A stretch of 64,000 nt of DNA from Curvularia clavata (Eukaryota). The translations under genes and the position numbers were made by a program. A model generated the notes under the pieces. The model was not told the DNA's origin and searched no databases. It was given only the letters and a program-made list of their open reading frames with translations. The DNA is taken from positions 1,550,001-1,614,000 of the forward strand of contig CP089280.1 of NCBI GenBank assembly GCA_023920165.1, in the 5' to 3' direction. Shown here in pieces: positions 63,153-64,000 of this stretch. Position 1 is the first letter of the stretch, and every line of letters starts with the position of its first letter.

Positions 63153-63502
63153 CTCAAGTAGTTAAAATGGTGTATACGGAACGCTTTGACAAGCGATCAA
63201 GCAAGTGTATAAGGTTGAAAATCAGCAGTGTATCAAGAATAGATCGGGAAGAGAGCCAGTGCCCGGACTAGATACATTGTGAGCAAACCGCTATACCCAA
63301 ATAGGTAACACCATCACACTTTCACCCACGGTGAATGTTATACAGGGTCACTCGTTTGTTCATTGGTCACTCATACAGAGATGACAGCATTCAACATGGC
63401 AGTTTTATTTGGTCGTTCTCTGGAAATGAGCCATTCATATACACAGTCAGGTTCGCAGTCACTAACCAGAGAGATGATCTACTCCTTGTGCACATCGTTC
63501 CT

Positions 63503-64000
63503 CTACCTCGTTACCCTCCTAGGCTTACCGCGAGCCATCTTAAACCTTATCTTCAATTTAACTAGACGCCGTTTCTTTTTCTCATCTACACCCAGTGGAC
63601 TCTCAGAACCTCTCTTCCTTGTCTTATTATCGACTGCCATGCCACGTGCGACAGCAGTAGCATGTTCTCTAGCCCTGAATTCGTAGCCCAAGAACTCCAC
63701 TTCCTCGCAAAAGAACCGGAAGCTGGGGACGAAGCCGGTGTCGTTTGGTGGCAAGTATTCGCGTCCCTCGATGAGTTTGGCAGTGTTGTAAAGCAAGCGT
63801 GTTGCCCAGCCTTTTTCGTCGAGCTTGATTTCCATGCGGAGGTTTGACATGTCTAGTTTCGTTTTGGGATTGTGAACACAATTGTAGCCTAGATCACTGG
63901 GAACTGGCACCCGGGTTGTGATAGTCTTATTGGGTGAAGTCGCTGGTGTTGGTTTGCCTCGTCGAATGCGCGGGCCTATAGCATAGAGGAATAGAGGGCT
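63503..64000 (-). CDS. 3' part of a hypothetical protein, open to the window edge
   Basis: The reading frame of ORF 63503..63910 stays open to 64000. Basic C-terminus (KKKRRLVKLKIRFK). Confidence 0.45.
   Translation of the reverse strand, partial: SPLFLYAIGPRIRRGKPTPATSPNKTITTRVPVPSDLGYNCVHNPKTKLDMSNLRMEIKLDEKGWATRLLYNTAKLIEGREYLPPNDTGFVPSFRFFCEEVEFLGYEFRAREHATAVARGMAVDNKTRKRGSESPLGVDEKKKRRLVKLKIRFKMARGKPRRVTR

Noticed and set aside
1..64000. tRNA, rRNA or snoRNA genes
   Set aside because: None recognised by eye, including in the RPL22 introns. tRNAscan-SE and Infernal would be needed to exclude them.

Overview
Eukaryotic, intron-containing DNA from a filamentous ascomycete, probably a Dothideomycete/Pleosporales (inferred from the gene set, GT-AG introns with CTRAC branch sites and RIP-damaged transposons). 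Most of the window is a gene-dense housekeeping region: a Zn2Cys6 transcription factor, a membrane-anchored A1 aspartic protease homologue, a Thr/Ser-rich cell-wall protein, an NDUFAF6-like gene, RAD5, RPL22, an LDB19-type arrestin, Woronin sorting protein WSC, MPP-alpha, DMA1, a bestrophin, a PEX11-like gene, a T1-family RNase, a vWA protein, a methyltransferase, IRC6/p34 and SmD3. The best candidate for an undescribed system is an intronless head-to-head pair at 26128-31775: a protein with a HeLo/SesA-like N-terminus and a degenerate kinase-like C-terminus, facing a zinc-finger plus about 14 TPR protein that has no NTPase domain. It may be a sensor/executor module. Other accessory features are a 6 x 38-bp tandem array, three probable pseudogenes, a possible alternative first or cassette exon, and two tandem RIP-mutated Fot1/pogo transposons joined by a perfect 38-bp palindrome that contains excision-footprint-like bases. 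All family calls come from reading motifs by eye; no database search was run, and intron coordinates are approximate.
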